A DNA stretch of 64,000 nucleotides from a virus: the IMG/VR virus record IMGVR_UViG_3300005805_000042, one strand, 5' to 3'. Of this stretch, positions 29,522-39,718 are shown in pieces (positions within the stretch are counted from its first letter, which is position 1; each line of letters starts with the position of its first letter). The notes below the pieces were generated by a model. It saw only the letters and a list, made by a program, of their open reading frames with translations. It did no database searches and was not told the DNA's origin. Both the position numbers and the translations under genes were made by a program.

Positions 29522-30117
29522 AAATTGCTATAGAAATTAACGGTGTTCTAAGAGATACCGTTAAAAAAATTGAACAGGTATACGAAAAGTTTTATGTTGA
29601 GAATATTCTCAATGAAAAAAGAGATTTTGAGTACGAGATTCTTTCACCAATAACTTCATTGAGATTACAAGACCATCTAAAGTTCAGAGACAACGACGAA
29701 CTTTATGATTTTCTTTATACCGAACATTGTATGGAAATCTTCGGTCACGCATCGTCAACTGAATACAGTACTTTTATCGACTTAAATGATTTCTATGTAG
29801 ACATGAGGGACAACCACGATATCATACTTATTTCTGATGAAATTGGAAAGTCAAAACCCGCAACATTATTTTTCCTTTCCAAGTTTGGTTGCCAGATAGA
29901 AAAAATCGTTTTCTATAGCCAATTTACTCTACAAACAGTTTGGAACGAAATAGACCTTTTACTTACGGCAAATCCCGACTTATTATTAAATCATCCTACA
30001 GATAAAAAAATTATCAAGTATAATACAAACTATAACACTAATATAACAGATTTACCGAACATTGATAATATCAAAGAACTTAAAAATTTAATAGAAAATG
30101 ATACCAATTTGGAATGA
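29518..30117 (+). CDS. HAD-fold 5'(3')-nucleotidase-like protein with degenerate motif I
   Basis: IAIEINGVLRD in place of DxDGV. Confidence 0.55.
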   Translation: MKIAIEINGVLRDTVKKIEQVYEKFYVENILNEKRDFEYEILSPITSLRLQDHLKFRDNDELYDFLYTEHCMEIFGHASSTEYSTFIDLNDFYVDMRDNHDIILISDEIGKSKPATLFFLSKFGCQIEKIVFYSQFTLQTVWNEIDLLLTANPDLLLNHPTDKKIIKYNTNYNTNITDLPNIDNIKELKNLIENDTNLE

Positions 30118-30376
30118 AAATTACTACATCGATTTAGAAAGAATCGAAGAATTCATTGATTTAACTAATGTTATCAATGAAGAGCTCAGTGGTAACACTA
30201 ACGAACATAAAATTAATGTTGTCAAGTTTGAAATGGTAAAGATGATGTTAGAGGTCATTATGACTGAACATCCTGAAGGTGATGAAAAACTCGGAATTAA
30301 AAATTCAGAATTATCCATACCATTTAGATTAGCGTTTAACTCGTTACTAAATAAAAAAATTATTAACAAATATTAA
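30098..30376 (+). CDS. Hypothetical protein
   Basis: Packed ORF in operon. Confidence 0.6.
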   Translation: MIPIWNENYYIDLERIEEFIDLTNVINEELSGNTNEHKINVVKFEMVKMMLEVIMTEHPEGDEKLGIKNSELSIPFRLAFNSLLNKKIINKY

Positions 30377-30377
30377 A

Positions 30378-31433
30378 ATGGACCAACCACAAATAGACAA
30401 AGTCAAACTTTCGATTAGTAATCTAAGAGAGAAAAAATCAAAACTATATTTTTTCATTCACGATACTAAAGGTAATGCCAAATCCTCTATCAAATACATT
30501 TATGATTTGGCATTCACACTTAAACGCAGTGGATTTAATTCAATTATCCTACATGAGAAACCCGATTATACAGGAGTTGGTTCATGGTTGGGTGAAGAAT
30601 ATATGACTGAAATTCCACACCAAGTAATCGATGGGCAAAATGTTGAAATTGCACCTGAAGATTTCTTGATTGTCCCCGAAATTTTTGGTTTTATGATGGA
30701 CCAAGTTAAAAACCTACCTTGTGGTAAAATTGTGTTGACACAGTCTTACGCATATATGTTGGAAACTCTTCAACCTGGTCAGACTTGGAATCAGTATGGA
30801 TTCTTTAAAACCATTACCACATCTGAAGTACAAAAAGATTACATCAATAAAGTAATGAGAGGTCAATCCTATGATATCATCGAACCATTTATTTCTGATA
30901 TTTTCAAAAAAAGAAATTTACCACCACTACCTATTATTGGTATTCACTCGAGAGAACAAGAAGACACTATCAATCTTATCAAAACATTTTATCTAAGATT
31001 TCCACAATACAGATGGTTTACCTTCCGTGATTTAAGGGGTCTTTCTCAAGAAGAGTTTGCTAATGCAATTTCAGAGTGTTTCGTTTCAGTTTGGATTGAC
31101 AGACAAAGTGCTTACGGTACTTTCCCATTAGAATCGATGAAAGTAGGTGTTCCAGTAATTGGTATTACACCCAACTTGGTCCCTGAGTGGATGAATGAAA
31201 ATAACGGAATTTGGATAAAGGATGAAATTCTTCTATCAGACATTATTGCTGATTGGACCCAAAATTGGTTGGAAGATAACATTTCTGAAGAAATGTATAC
31301 GAATATGCAAGAAACTGTCGATAAACTTCCGACAAAAGAACAGTTCGAAAATAAAACCATAGATTTATTCACAGAATATCTCGAATTAAGAGCACAATCT
31401 ATGGAAGAACAAATCTCTAAATTTAACGATTAA
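30378..31433 (+). CDS. GT-B glycosyltransferase (GT4-like)
   Basis: IVPEIFG, LSQEEFANAISECFVSVWID...GTFPLESMKVGVPVIG. Confidence 0.75.
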   Translation: MDQPQIDKVKLSISNLREKKSKLYFFIHDTKGNAKSSIKYIYDLAFTLKRSGFNSIILHEKPDYTGVGSWLGEEYMTEIPHQVIDGQNVEIAPEDFLIVPEIFGFMMDQVKNLPCGKIVLTQSYAYMLETLQPGQTWNQYGFFKTITTSEVQKDYINKVMRGQSYDIIEPFISDIFKKRNLPPLPIIGIHSREQEDTINLIKTFYLRFPQYRWFTFRDLRGLSQEEFANAISECFVSVWIDRQSAYGTFPLESMKVGVPVIGITPNLVPEWMNENNGIWIKDEILLSDIIADWTQNWLEDNISEEMYTNMQETVDKLPTKEQFENKTIDLFTEYLELRAQSMEEQISKFND

Positions 31434-31435
31434 TT

Positions 31436-32242
31436 ATGAACACACCTTTAGACATTACAATTGTATTACCAATTAAATCTGCGGTATCCCGAGATTTCGA
31501 AGATTACTTCGAAAAAGCGATTACATCGATAAAGAATCAAAAAGTATCTGTAAAAGAACTATTGATTGTTACTACAACAGAAGAAAAATTAAACAATCAT
31601 GTTGATGGATTCGATTTTGGGGAAATTAATATGAGAAAAATTGTTTGGGACAAGGAAGCCACCTTTGCATCTCAAGTTAACTTTGGTATCGAAAATGCAA
31701 CTACAAAATGGGTTTCATTTTTCGAGTTTGATGATGAATACTCAACAATTTGGTTTGACAATGTTCGTAAGTACATGGGATATTACCCAATGGTACAGGC
31801 ATTCCTACCAGTTGTTGTTGATACCGATGAAAAAGGTACCTTCGCTGGTTTTACAAATGAAGCGGTATTTGCTGCAAACTTCGCACAAGAAGTTGGTTTT
31901 TTGACTAATGATATCCTTCAAGACTATCAAAATTTCCAAACCTCAGGTATGGTTATTCGTAAAGATGTTATTGATGATTTTGGTGGTTTTAAATCATCAA
32001 TCAAATTGACTTTTGTATATGAGTTCTTACTTAGACTTACATACAATTCTACATCAATTATGACAATTCCAAAACTTGGATACAAACACACCAATATGAG
32101 AGAGGGTTCTCTATTTTGGAATTACAAATTCGGTCAAGAAAAAATGTTGGATGAAGAAGTTAAGTTTTGGGTTCAATCGGCAAAAAAAGAGTACTTCTTC
32201 AAAGAAGATAGAACAATAAATTTCCAAGCAAGTAATGATTGA
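31436..32242 (+). CDS. GT2-like glycosyltransferase
   Basis: ITIVLP, QVNFG, VSFFEFDD, YEFLLR. Confidence 0.75.
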   Translation: MNTPLDITIVLPIKSAVSRDFEDYFEKAITSIKNQKVSVKELLIVTTTEEKLNNHVDGFDFGEINMRKIVWDKEATFASQVNFGIENATTKWVSFFEFDDEYSTIWFDNVRKYMGYYPMVQAFLPVVVDTDEKGTFAGFTNEAVFAANFAQEVGFLTNDILQDYQNFQTSGMVIRKDVIDDFGGFKSSIKLTFVYEFLLRLTYNSTSIMTIPKLGYKHTNMREGSLFWNYKFGQEKMLDEEVKFWVQSAKKEYFFKEDRTINFQASND

Positions 32243-32988
32243 TGTTAGAAACATTAACGGCAAATACCGAAGATGTTTCATCAAAAAAAAGGGGTAGAAA
32301 AGCAACTACTACCAACTATTTTGATGTTCGAGAGGAAGATGCGGTAAAAGCCTTCCTTTTAGAGGAAGACTATGAGGAAAGAAATAAGATTTATAATGAA
32401 TTTTTAAAAGACCCTTTGGATAAAATGATTTCATCAATTATCCGAAGGTATAAATTATATCGTAAAGATATGGATTTCAGAGAAATTCATGTGGATACTC
32501 ATTCATTTTTAATAACTAAAGTTGATAAGTTTCAACCAGCAAAAAACAAAAAGGCATATTCCTATTTTGGTACCATTTGTAAAAATTATTTGATGGGTCA
32601 AATCATCAAAGACCAAAAAGATATGAATCGAAAAGTTTCGTATGAAGATATTTCACTTTCATTGGAACAAAGACCTGATATGATTTATACTATTGATTCC
32701 GACCAACTTGATATGGAGGTTGTAATCAAGAAATATTTGAATGATTTAAGAGAATTCATTAATTCAGAATCTTTGTCCGACAACGAAGTTAAATTGGGAT
32801 ATGCCTTAATAGACCTATTCGAAAACTACGAAAGTATTTTTTCAAGTACTGACAATAACAAATTCAACAAAAATATTATTCTTCTGTCTCTGAGAGAAAT
32901 GACAAATTTATCAACAAAGGAGATAAGAAATTCGATGAAAAAGTTCAAAAAGTTGTATACTGTTCTACAAACAAAGATGAAATATTAA
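32239..32988 (+). CDS. Late-transcription sigma factor (T4 gp55-like)
   Basis: N-terminal basic NYF motif; DKF.P.K.KKAYSYFGTICKNY resembles the gp55 region 2 motif (AF.YFT.I..NA). Confidence 0.7.
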   Translation: MMLETLTANTEDVSSKKRGRKATTTNYFDVREEDAVKAFLLEEDYEERNKIYNEFLKDPLDKMISSIIRRYKLYRKDMDFREIHVDTHSFLITKVDKFQPAKNKKAYSYFGTICKNYLMGQIIKDQKDMNRKVSYEDISLSLEQRPDMIYTIDSDQLDMEVVIKKYLNDLREFINSESLSDNEVKLGYALIDLFENYESIFSSTDNNKFNKNIILLSLREMTNLSTKEIRNSMKKFKKLYTVLQTKMKY

Positions 32989-33023
32989 CTTTTCGTTTTT
33001 TTAAGTGATATTATAGTTAATAC

Positions 33024-33031
33024 TATTTATA
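33024..33031 (+). promoter_or_regulatory. Putative late promoter TATTTATA
   Basis: 3 nt before ATG 33035, within a co-directional gene run. Confidence 0.6.
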
Positions 33032-33034
33032 AGT

Positions 33035-33400
33035 ATGCCAAGACCGCAACGAAAAGAAATTAAATTTTCCAAGGACTCAATTTTGTCTTTGATGCAAGAG
33101 ATTTACAATGAACTTGTAGAACAAAGAAACACTGCCATAAGGATTCAAAACAAAATGATATCTATGATGAAAGACGCCGATGATATGAAAGAAATTGGAA
33201 CTGTGTTAGAAAAACAACAAAAAATTGTTAATGATTGTGTAGAGAAAAAAATTAGTCTATCTCGACTACAAAGCTCGATTTGGGAAAAAACTACCAATCA
33301 AGAAGAGTCTTTCTCACTTTCAGATATGGATGATGATTTATTTGAAAAACTTTTAGAAAAGGATTCCGATGTTTCGGATGAACCAAAATATCGAATGTAA
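33035..33400 (+). CDS. Hypothetical coiled-coil protein
   Basis: ORF after late motif. Confidence 0.65.
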   Translation: MPRPQRKEIKFSKDSILSLMQEIYNELVEQRNTAIRIQNKMISMMKDADDMKEIGTVLEKQQKIVNDCVEKKISLSRLQSSIWEKTTNQEESFSLSDMDDDLFEKLLEKDSDVSDEPKYRM

Positions 33401-33405
33401 TATCC

Positions 33406-35562
33406 ATGCCAATATTCAACAATCAATCTATAGACATCTCAAGTGGGTTTGAAAGTATCTCATCAAGGATATCAGCGCTTCAAGCCTACAATGAAGCTCG
33501 TCAAGGTCAAATAGAGAGTGATAAAACTCGAGGAGACAGTTTAGCCCGTTCGTTAGAAATATTGGCAGGACAAAAGTCATCGGTTGAGGCAAATCAGTCA
33601 AGAAATAAAAGAAATCAAGAATCGAGTTTCGATAAATTAATTTCTTTGATTAATCAAAGTACTTCAGGTTCAACATTCTCAAGTACTAATGCACTTATTA
33701 GAAAAGAACTTTTAGGATTGGTTTTTAAAATGAAAGACGAGATAAAAAAAATTATTTCCGAGGAAGCTTTTAAAGTACTCAACTGTGCACAACAAGAAAC
33801 TTATCAAGGATTTCCAACCTCACTTCTTGCTACTGGTTCAACATTTTCACTTTTACCACAACAAGATGGAATTTATGTAAAGGTAAGTGAGGTTGATTTC
33901 AATAGTTCGTTAAAGATAAAACCACAAACTCAAATAGGTAAATTATACTACGAAACCACTGGTATAACATCCTTGGCGGTTTACAATAACTATGCGGGCA
34001 GACAACCTTTTCCAATGAACTTTGAACTCAATCAAAGGATACAGCAACAAAATACTACCTTTCGTGATGAATTTTCAGTTCCTTATAATGGTAGAAGTAG
34101 ACAAGGTGTTTTTGATATTGAGTACACCACTCAAGATAGTTTTGGTGCAACAGGTGACTATTTTCGAGTTTTTTTGTTAGATAGAGAAGGTACAACCCCA
34201 CCCCCCACAGGAGGCACCGTTAGTCAGTTACTATATTCTGCAAATACAATTGCAGATTCGTTGGGTGATTATTACCAATCAATTGAAATATACAACTCCA
34301 AAATATTTTTGGGTAATTTATTAAATTTGGTTTCGGGTACTCTTTCACAATCCCTTTCAATTCAACAAATTGAAAATCAAAATAGATTTGTGACGATTCT
34401 CAATAGAATTATAGGTCGTTGTGAACCAGGTCAAAGTGAAATTGATGTTTCAGGTGTTGCTAAACTTTCGGAGTTGGACTTAGATGATGATGAATTTTTC
34501 ACATTTACAGAAACAGAATTAAACGATATTAATACAGAATCAGTAAATCAAAAACAAGGGGTAATTGAATTTATAGATTGTGATACGGTAAAACTCCCAA
34601 TAAATAATAGTATTTTACTTCAAGAGGCACAAAATCTTGCAGATAACATAGACAACCTTAGTGTCGAACAACAGGTTGTTGAGATTGATAGAATTTTAGA
34701 TTCAATAACCCAAGAGTTTTCACAAACTGGTTTTGGTGGTGTTTCGTTCAATGCTACCAACCCGTTTAACGAAAGTCTGTTAAAAAAAATTCTGTTGGCT
34801 TTATTATCATCACTTTTCACTCCTAAGGTCTTACTACCAATTTTTGTTTTCAAACAATATCTTAACAACCAAGTTGTAGGATTTGCAAACACACTTATTA
34901 CATCCGCCAACACGATAATCACCTCAGCAAATACCTTAATTAATTCCGCAAACACAATTAATAATATAATTGCCACCCAAATTAATAATGGTGTCGATTT
35001 TGCTCGCCAATACAAAAAGTTTATATTCAATGTTGTGGGGAGAATCGTAAATAGATTTTTGGAACTTCTTTTCAATATGTTAAAAAAGAATCTGTTAAAA
35101 CTTTTAAGAGAGATTTTAAGGGATATTGCTAGAACAAGCAAGAATGCAAAACTTAAAGCTATTAATGCAATATTGGACTATGCCCAACCCCTAATACAAG
35201 GGTTTTTAAACTATAGAGAATGTAAGTCTTTAATACAACAAATTCAAAGAATCATTTCCCTACTTAGAGGTACACCAAGAACTCCACCATCAGGGGTTAA
35301 TTTGGCACTTTTAGCTTTGTCAGATTTTCTTCCAGGTATAAGTCCCGAAAGGGGTGTCTTGAATTCCATTGAATATATGGAGGCGTACGGACTTAAAGTA
35401 GGCCCGTTACCTGATGGTTCACCAAACAGAATAATAAGATTTACAACGGCAATACAAAAAGGTGGTTACGACGAATTTATTCAAAATGGGAAAATAAACG
35501 GTGGTGTGATTGTACCACCAGTAACTGGCGGTATTGTTAAAATATTTGGTAAAGCATTTTGA
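33406..35562 (+). CDS. Large putative structural (baseplate-region) protein
   Basis: 718 aa, directly upstream of the gp5-like gene; carries [ST]GxT motifs. Confidence 0.55.
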   Translation: MPIFNNQSIDISSGFESISSRISALQAYNEARQGQIESDKTRGDSLARSLEILAGQKSSVEANQSRNKRNQESSFDKLISLINQSTSGSTFSSTNALIRKELLGLVFKMKDEIKKIISEEAFKVLNCAQQETYQGFPTSLLATGSTFSLLPQQDGIYVKVSEVDFNSSLKIKPQTQIGKLYYETTGITSLAVYNNYAGRQPFPMNFELNQRIQQQNTTFRDEFSVPYNGRSRQGVFDIEYTTQDSFGATGDYFRVFLLDREGTTPPPTGGTVSQLLYSANTIADSLGDYYQSIEIYNSKIFLGNLLNLVSGTLSQSLSIQQIENQNRFVTILNRIIGRCEPGQSEIDVSGVAKLSELDLDDDEFFTFTETELNDINTESVNQKQGVIEFIDCDTVKLPINNSILLQEAQNLADNIDNLSVEQQVVEIDRILDSITQEFSQTGFGGVSFNATNPFNESLLKKILLALLSSLFTPKVLLPIFVFKQYLNNQVVGFANTLITSANTIITSANTLINSANTINNIIATQINNGVDFARQYKKFIFNVVGRIVNRFLELLFNMLKKNLLKLLREILRDIARTSKNAKLKAINAILDYAQPLIQGFLNYRECKSLIQQIQRIISLLRGTPRTPPSGVNLALLALSDFLPGISPERGVLNSIEYMEAYGLKVGPLPDGSPNRIIRFTTAIQKGGYDEFIQNGKINGGVIVPPVTGGIVKIFGKAF

Positions 35563-35563
35563 T

Positions 35564-35773
35564 ATGACACAAGAAGAATTTAAAATATTAGTGGAGGTTG
35601 CAAAAGACGCAAAGAATGTTCCCAATATGAGGTTAGAACAGACTATGGACCAATTATCAAAGGAATTTGAAACAACAAAACAGAGTATTTTGGGGTTAAG
35701 TTTTTATTTGGACAAAATTGAGGAACTGTATAACACAATGTTAAAAGAGTACCAAGAAAGAAATGGCGAGTAG
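35564..35773 (+). CDS. Small hypothetical helical protein
   Basis: ATG right after the upstream TGA; MTQEEFK... Confidence 0.55.
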   Translation: MTQEEFKILVEVAKDAKNVPNMRLEQTMDQLSKEFETTKQSILGLSFYLDKIEELYNTMLKEYQERNGE

Positions 35774-37262
35774 AATTTGGTTTTATGCCGTAGTAATTGA
35801 TAACCAAGACCCCCTTAACTTGGGTAGAGTCCGAGCAAATCTGCTTACTGATGATGTCAGTGCTATCAAAAAAAGTTATGATGGTTTTGGTCCTCAAGAC
35901 TATTGGACAGCAAAAGACCCTTTTGTATTTAATTCACTCTTACCACTTTATGTTTGGACCGTACCGAAAGTTGATGAGTTAATTCAAATTTATTATCACG
36001 AGCCAGAAACAACTCAGTTTCTCAACGCATACTACATCCAAGGACCTTTCAACAGGATACAGAATATAGTACAAGAAAACTTTAATGAATCTCAAAAGTA
36101 CACCGATATCTCAGGGGTTCAAATCATTGGAGCTCAGAATTTAAGAAATCCTGATGGCACCTACAAAAATCCTGACCCTGATGGGGTATTTCCTGACCCA
36201 GGTGATGTAGCCGTATTAGGTAGAGGAAGTACCGATATTATTTTTAAAGAACATACAACCCTTATAAGGGCTGGAAAATATTCAGGTGAGTTAGTATCAA
36301 ACCGAGACCCCAAAGGAAACAAGAACAGAGCATTTATTCAACTGAGCAAATTTCAGAACAAAACATCAATTGGGGATACTGTAAGACAAGCCGACATTGG
36401 TATTCAAAACTTACAGGTAAATTACCTTATAGAGTACGATATCAACAACCCTGAGAATACATTTAACCTTTTCAACGGAACAATCCGTCTTTATAGACTC
36501 ACACCCAACACAGCAACCACATCTCAGAATCTAAAGGTAGATTCCGATGTTGAACAATATAAGTTTATCAAAGCTTCTCAGAGTTTTAGTTTTTTAAATT
36601 TAGACAACACCATTAAATTTATTAATCAATTCATTAGTGATTGTAACAGTAAATTAAAAACCGAAACAGGTGTTGTATTGTTCAATGTATTGGATGAGAA
36701 ATTCCCGATGTATTTTAGACCATCAATAAATTTCTACAACCAAATGAAAACCACATCACAGAATGTGATTAGACAAAACCTTACAACAATATTTTCAAAG
36801 GTTAAACTCATCCCCACCGATAAAGTGGGGGGTTATGGTTTGATATTTCAACAAGGAAGAGTCGGAGACCCGATTAAAATTACACCCAAGAGTTTCAGAA
36901 AAATCGAAACAAATGCGTTACCTGAAACTTATGGTTCATTTGGTGCCCAACATGTTTACCTCCTTTCCCAACTTTCTCAAATACCGGGAAAAGGAAAAAT
37001 TAATTTTGACAATAGTCTCTACGGAATCGACGAACAAAAATTTTCATTAGAAATTGAACCTAACACCTCAAGTATGGTAAGGGGTGAAGAACTACTTCAA
37101 CTACTTAATGTAATTGTAAGGTTCTTAGTTTCACACACCCACGGATTTCCTGGTGAACCCCCAATTTCAATTACCGAGGACGGTTCAACTGTTGACAACC
37201 TTATCAGAGAACTCAATGACGCATATAATAAAGTATTGAATCAATATATTCGTTTGAATTGA
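35763..37262 (+). CDS. Baseplate hub/spike protein (gp5/gpV-like)
   Basis: N-terminal VVIDNQDPLNLGRVRA OB-fold motif, VPKVDELI; C-terminal VRGEEL..L...SHTH. Confidence 0.75.
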   Translation: MASRIWFYAVVIDNQDPLNLGRVRANLLTDDVSAIKKSYDGFGPQDYWTAKDPFVFNSLLPLYVWTVPKVDELIQIYYHEPETTQFLNAYYIQGPFNRIQNIVQENFNESQKYTDISGVQIIGAQNLRNPDGTYKNPDPDGVFPDPGDVAVLGRGSTDIIFKEHTTLIRAGKYSGELVSNRDPKGNKNRAFIQLSKFQNKTSIGDTVRQADIGIQNLQVNYLIEYDINNPENTFNLFNGTIRLYRLTPNTATTSQNLKVDSDVEQYKFIKASQSFSFLNLDNTIKFINQFISDCNSKLKTETGVVLFNVLDEKFPMYFRPSINFYNQMKTTSQNVIRQNLTTIFSKVKLIPTDKVGGYGLIFQQGRVGDPIKITPKSFRKIETNALPETYGSFGAQHVYLLSQLSQIPGKGKINFDNSLYGIDEQKFSLEIEPNTSSMVRGEELLQLLNVIVRFLVSHTHGFPGEPPISITEDGSTVDNLIRELNDAYNKVLNQYIRLN

Positions 37263-37270
37263 TATTTATA
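37263..37270 (+). promoter_or_regulatory. Putative late promoter TATTTATA
   Basis: 13 nt before ATG 37284. Confidence 0.6.
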
Positions 37271-37283
37271 AAGAAAAAGTATA

Positions 37284-38798
37284 ATGTCAATTTATCGGTC
37301 GTATTTCAATAGAAATAATACTTTATTATCGAATCTCTACACCAACACCGCGAGAAACCCCGTGGTACAACTCAATTTTGGTAGTAGTGACCTTGTTGTA
37401 CCCAATTTTGGATTCACCCGTTTTATATTTGATTTGGACTTAGAGGGTCTAGAGGAAATGATTGCCGATAAGGTTATCTCCACAGGTTGTACCACAGGGA
37501 TGACACACACACTTATGATGACAAACACATCATCATTTGACGATGAACTCCTTAACACCAACATGACTGACGGAAGAAAAAGAGCAACATCATTTGATTT
37601 AATACTCTTTAGAATACCAAAATTCTCAGGAACCACAGGTTCACCACAAATATGGGATGAAGGTGTTGGATACGACTATAATGATTTTGGGACAACCCAA
37701 AATGGTCTTGCAGGGATGCAATCATCATTGGAACAACTTAACAATAAAAGTTTTTCTTTAAGACCATCAAACTGGTACCAAACAACTACCGTAACAAATT
37801 GGTCTGAACCGGGAATCTACAACAATACAAACTCCCTTACAGGACTTACAGGTCTTAACTACTCATCAATTACAATTGTAGATGAACAAAGATTTGAATT
37901 GGGTAACGAAGATATCCAATTTGATATGACCAATGAAATCAACGGAATCTTAAACGGGTCAATAACAGGAGTTACAGGATGGGGTATCGCCTATAAACCC
38001 GATATCGAAAACATCACAGGTCTAACAGAATCATATTCTGTTGGATTTTTTGGAAAATATACACAGACATTCTATCAACCATATCTTCTTACCGATTACG
38101 ATGATTTGATTAAAGACGACAGAAACCTGTTCCTTAAAAACCAAACAAACAGACTCTACCTTTATGTTTACCAAAATGGTGATTTTGCCAATTTAGATAA
38201 TCTACCGGGTGTAAACATAGAAAACCAAAATGGGGACATCGTGCAGGGGGGGTCAGGGCTTACAACTTGTCAGGTCACAAAAGGTGTGTATGAGGTTACT
38301 GTTCCAAATATTTTTACCAATCAACCTGTACCATGTTTGTTTTATGATATATGGACAGGTCTTACAATCAACGGACAATCCTTACCTAATGTAACAAACC
38401 AATTTGTTCTTCAAGCCTACAGTGCGGGAATTCAAATAGGTAGTAACTCCCAAGAACCGAGTAAATACGGATTCAGTTTCTACGGTATTTTACAAAATGA
38501 AAAAGTACTCAATACAGAAATTAGAAAGATTGGAGTTGTTGCTAAGAAACAATGGACTTCCCAACATCAGTTGGAAAACATTGACATTTACTATAGAGTT
38601 TATGTGAGAGAGGGAACTACTGAAGTTCAGGTACAAAATTGGACCCCTGTAAATCGTACTCCTAATGAATATTATTTCATCTTTGATATGAAAGACAAGA
38701 TTCCGAATGAATATTTTGTTGACATCCGAGTGAATACTAGTGGTGAAAAAGATATTTATAAAGACACAATTCAATTCCAAATTGTTAACAAAAAATGA
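37284..38798 (+). CDS. Putative virion structural protein rich in [ST]GxT motifs
   Basis: Late motif upstream; beta-rich composition; 8 [ST]GxT copies by hand count. Confidence 0.6.
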   Translation: MSIYRSYFNRNNTLLSNLYTNTARNPVVQLNFGSSDLVVPNFGFTRFIFDLDLEGLEEMIADKVISTGCTTGMTHTLMMTNTSSFDDELLNTNMTDGRKRATSFDLILFRIPKFSGTTGSPQIWDEGVGYDYNDFGTTQNGLAGMQSSLEQLNNKSFSLRPSNWYQTTTVTNWSEPGIYNNTNSLTGLTGLNYSSITIVDEQRFELGNEDIQFDMTNEINGILNGSITGVTGWGIAYKPDIENITGLTESYSVGFFGKYTQTFYQPYLLTDYDDLIKDDRNLFLKNQTNRLYLYVYQNGDFANLDNLPGVNIENQNGDIVQGGSGLTTCQVTKGVYEVTVPNIFTNQPVPCLFYDIWTGLTINGQSLPNVTNQFVLQAYSAGIQIGSNSQEPSKYGFSFYGILQNEKVLNTEIRKIGVVAKKQWTSQHQLENIDIYYRVYVREGTTEVQVQNWTPVNRTPNEYYFIFDMKDKIPNEYFVDIRVNTSGEKDIYKDTIQFQIVNKK

Positions 38799-39274
38799 GA
38801 AAAGTTATCAGACTAACCGAAACAGATATTAAAAATATAGTTCTAAGAGCTTTAAAAGAGGCGGAACATGAACATAACCGTTACATGTTTTTTAGTAACT
38901 TAGAACAACTAAAAAGACAGGCTGAGAGGTTATTAGAACTTGACTCAGACGAAATTCATTCTATTTTGGAGGATGGACACGATTGGGCAGATGACCATAT
39001 CACCGTTGCTAAAGAAAATCTTGACCAAGTATTTGATTTCATGATGAATGAAATTCACGGGGAAGGGGACGAAGACATGATGATTGATGATATTGCTGTT
39101 ATGGAAGGTAGGAAAAAAACGGGTACAAAATTATGTGCACGTGGTAAAGCAGCGGCTAAAGCTAAGTACGATGTCTACCCCTCAGCTTATGCAAATGGTT
39201 ACGCAGTACAAGTCTGTAAAGGAAAACAACCTGGTCTTGACGGTAAGAAAAGATGTTCAGGAGCCTATTGTTAA
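38795..39274 (+). CDS. Leader-motif protein with basic Cys-containing C-terminal module
   Basis: MRKVIRLTETDIKNIVLRALKE leader; LCARGKAAAKAKYDVYPSAYANGYAVQVCKG. Confidence 0.65.
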   Translation: MRKVIRLTETDIKNIVLRALKEAEHEHNRYMFFSNLEQLKRQAERLLELDSDEIHSILEDGHDWADDHITVAKENLDQVFDFMMNEIHGEGDEDMMIDDIAVMEGRKKTGTKLCARGKAAAKAKYDVYPSAYANGYAVQVCKGKQPGLDGKKRCSGAYC

Positions 39275-39298
39275 TTTGAAAAGTTTTATTTACCTTTG
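39268..39298 (+). promoter_or_regulatory. Bacteroidota sigma70-type promoter TTG-N20-TACCTTTG
   Basis: TTG 39268-39270; TACCTTTG 39291-39298 matches TAnnTTTG. Confidence 0.7.
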
Positions 39299-39310
39299 TT
39301 GTCAAATACA

Positions 39311-39718
39311 ATGGTAATGAAAAATCTTAACCACACATTTCGTCGTTTTATTCAAAAACAGGCTTTGAAGTTATTTCGGTATCTGAATACTGAACAAGAA
39401 AGGTCAATCTATGAACGGGATTGTATTGCCGTTTGTAAAAAGTTTATTTATGAACCCGATTCAATAATGTTATTGACTCCGATTACTGGTAAAAGATACA
39501 TTAGAAGTGAAAACAATCAAATTTTTATTATTTTAGAATCACATCGTGTAAAAATTATCAACCATGTATATGCTTATGATGTCCTTATGAATGACAGGTC
39601 ATGGAATCAATTAATCAAACTTTTTGATAACGAAGTCGAAAAACGAAGGGAAGACTTCGAAAAACAAATCACGAAAAATATTAAAACTTCACTCCAAAAA
39701 ATTATTGCCGAAAAATGA
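39311..39718 (+). CDS. Hypothetical protein (early/middle)
   Basis: ATG downstream of the host-type promoter; the track's TTG start overlaps the -7 box. Confidence 0.6.
   Translation: MVMKNLNHTFRRFIQKQALKLFRYLNTEQERSIYERDCIAVCKKFIYEPDSIMLLTPITGKRYIRSENNQIFIILESHRVKIINHVYAYDVLMNDRSWNQLIKLFDNEVEKRREDFEKQITKNIKTSLQKIIAEK

Noticed and set aside
11543-32242. Bacterial chromosome capsule/O-antigen locus (host contamination or chimera)
   Set aside because: No wzx/wzy/wza or ABC exporter; it is continuous with phage-type dut, phoH, late sigma and structural genes, with overlapping stop-start junctions
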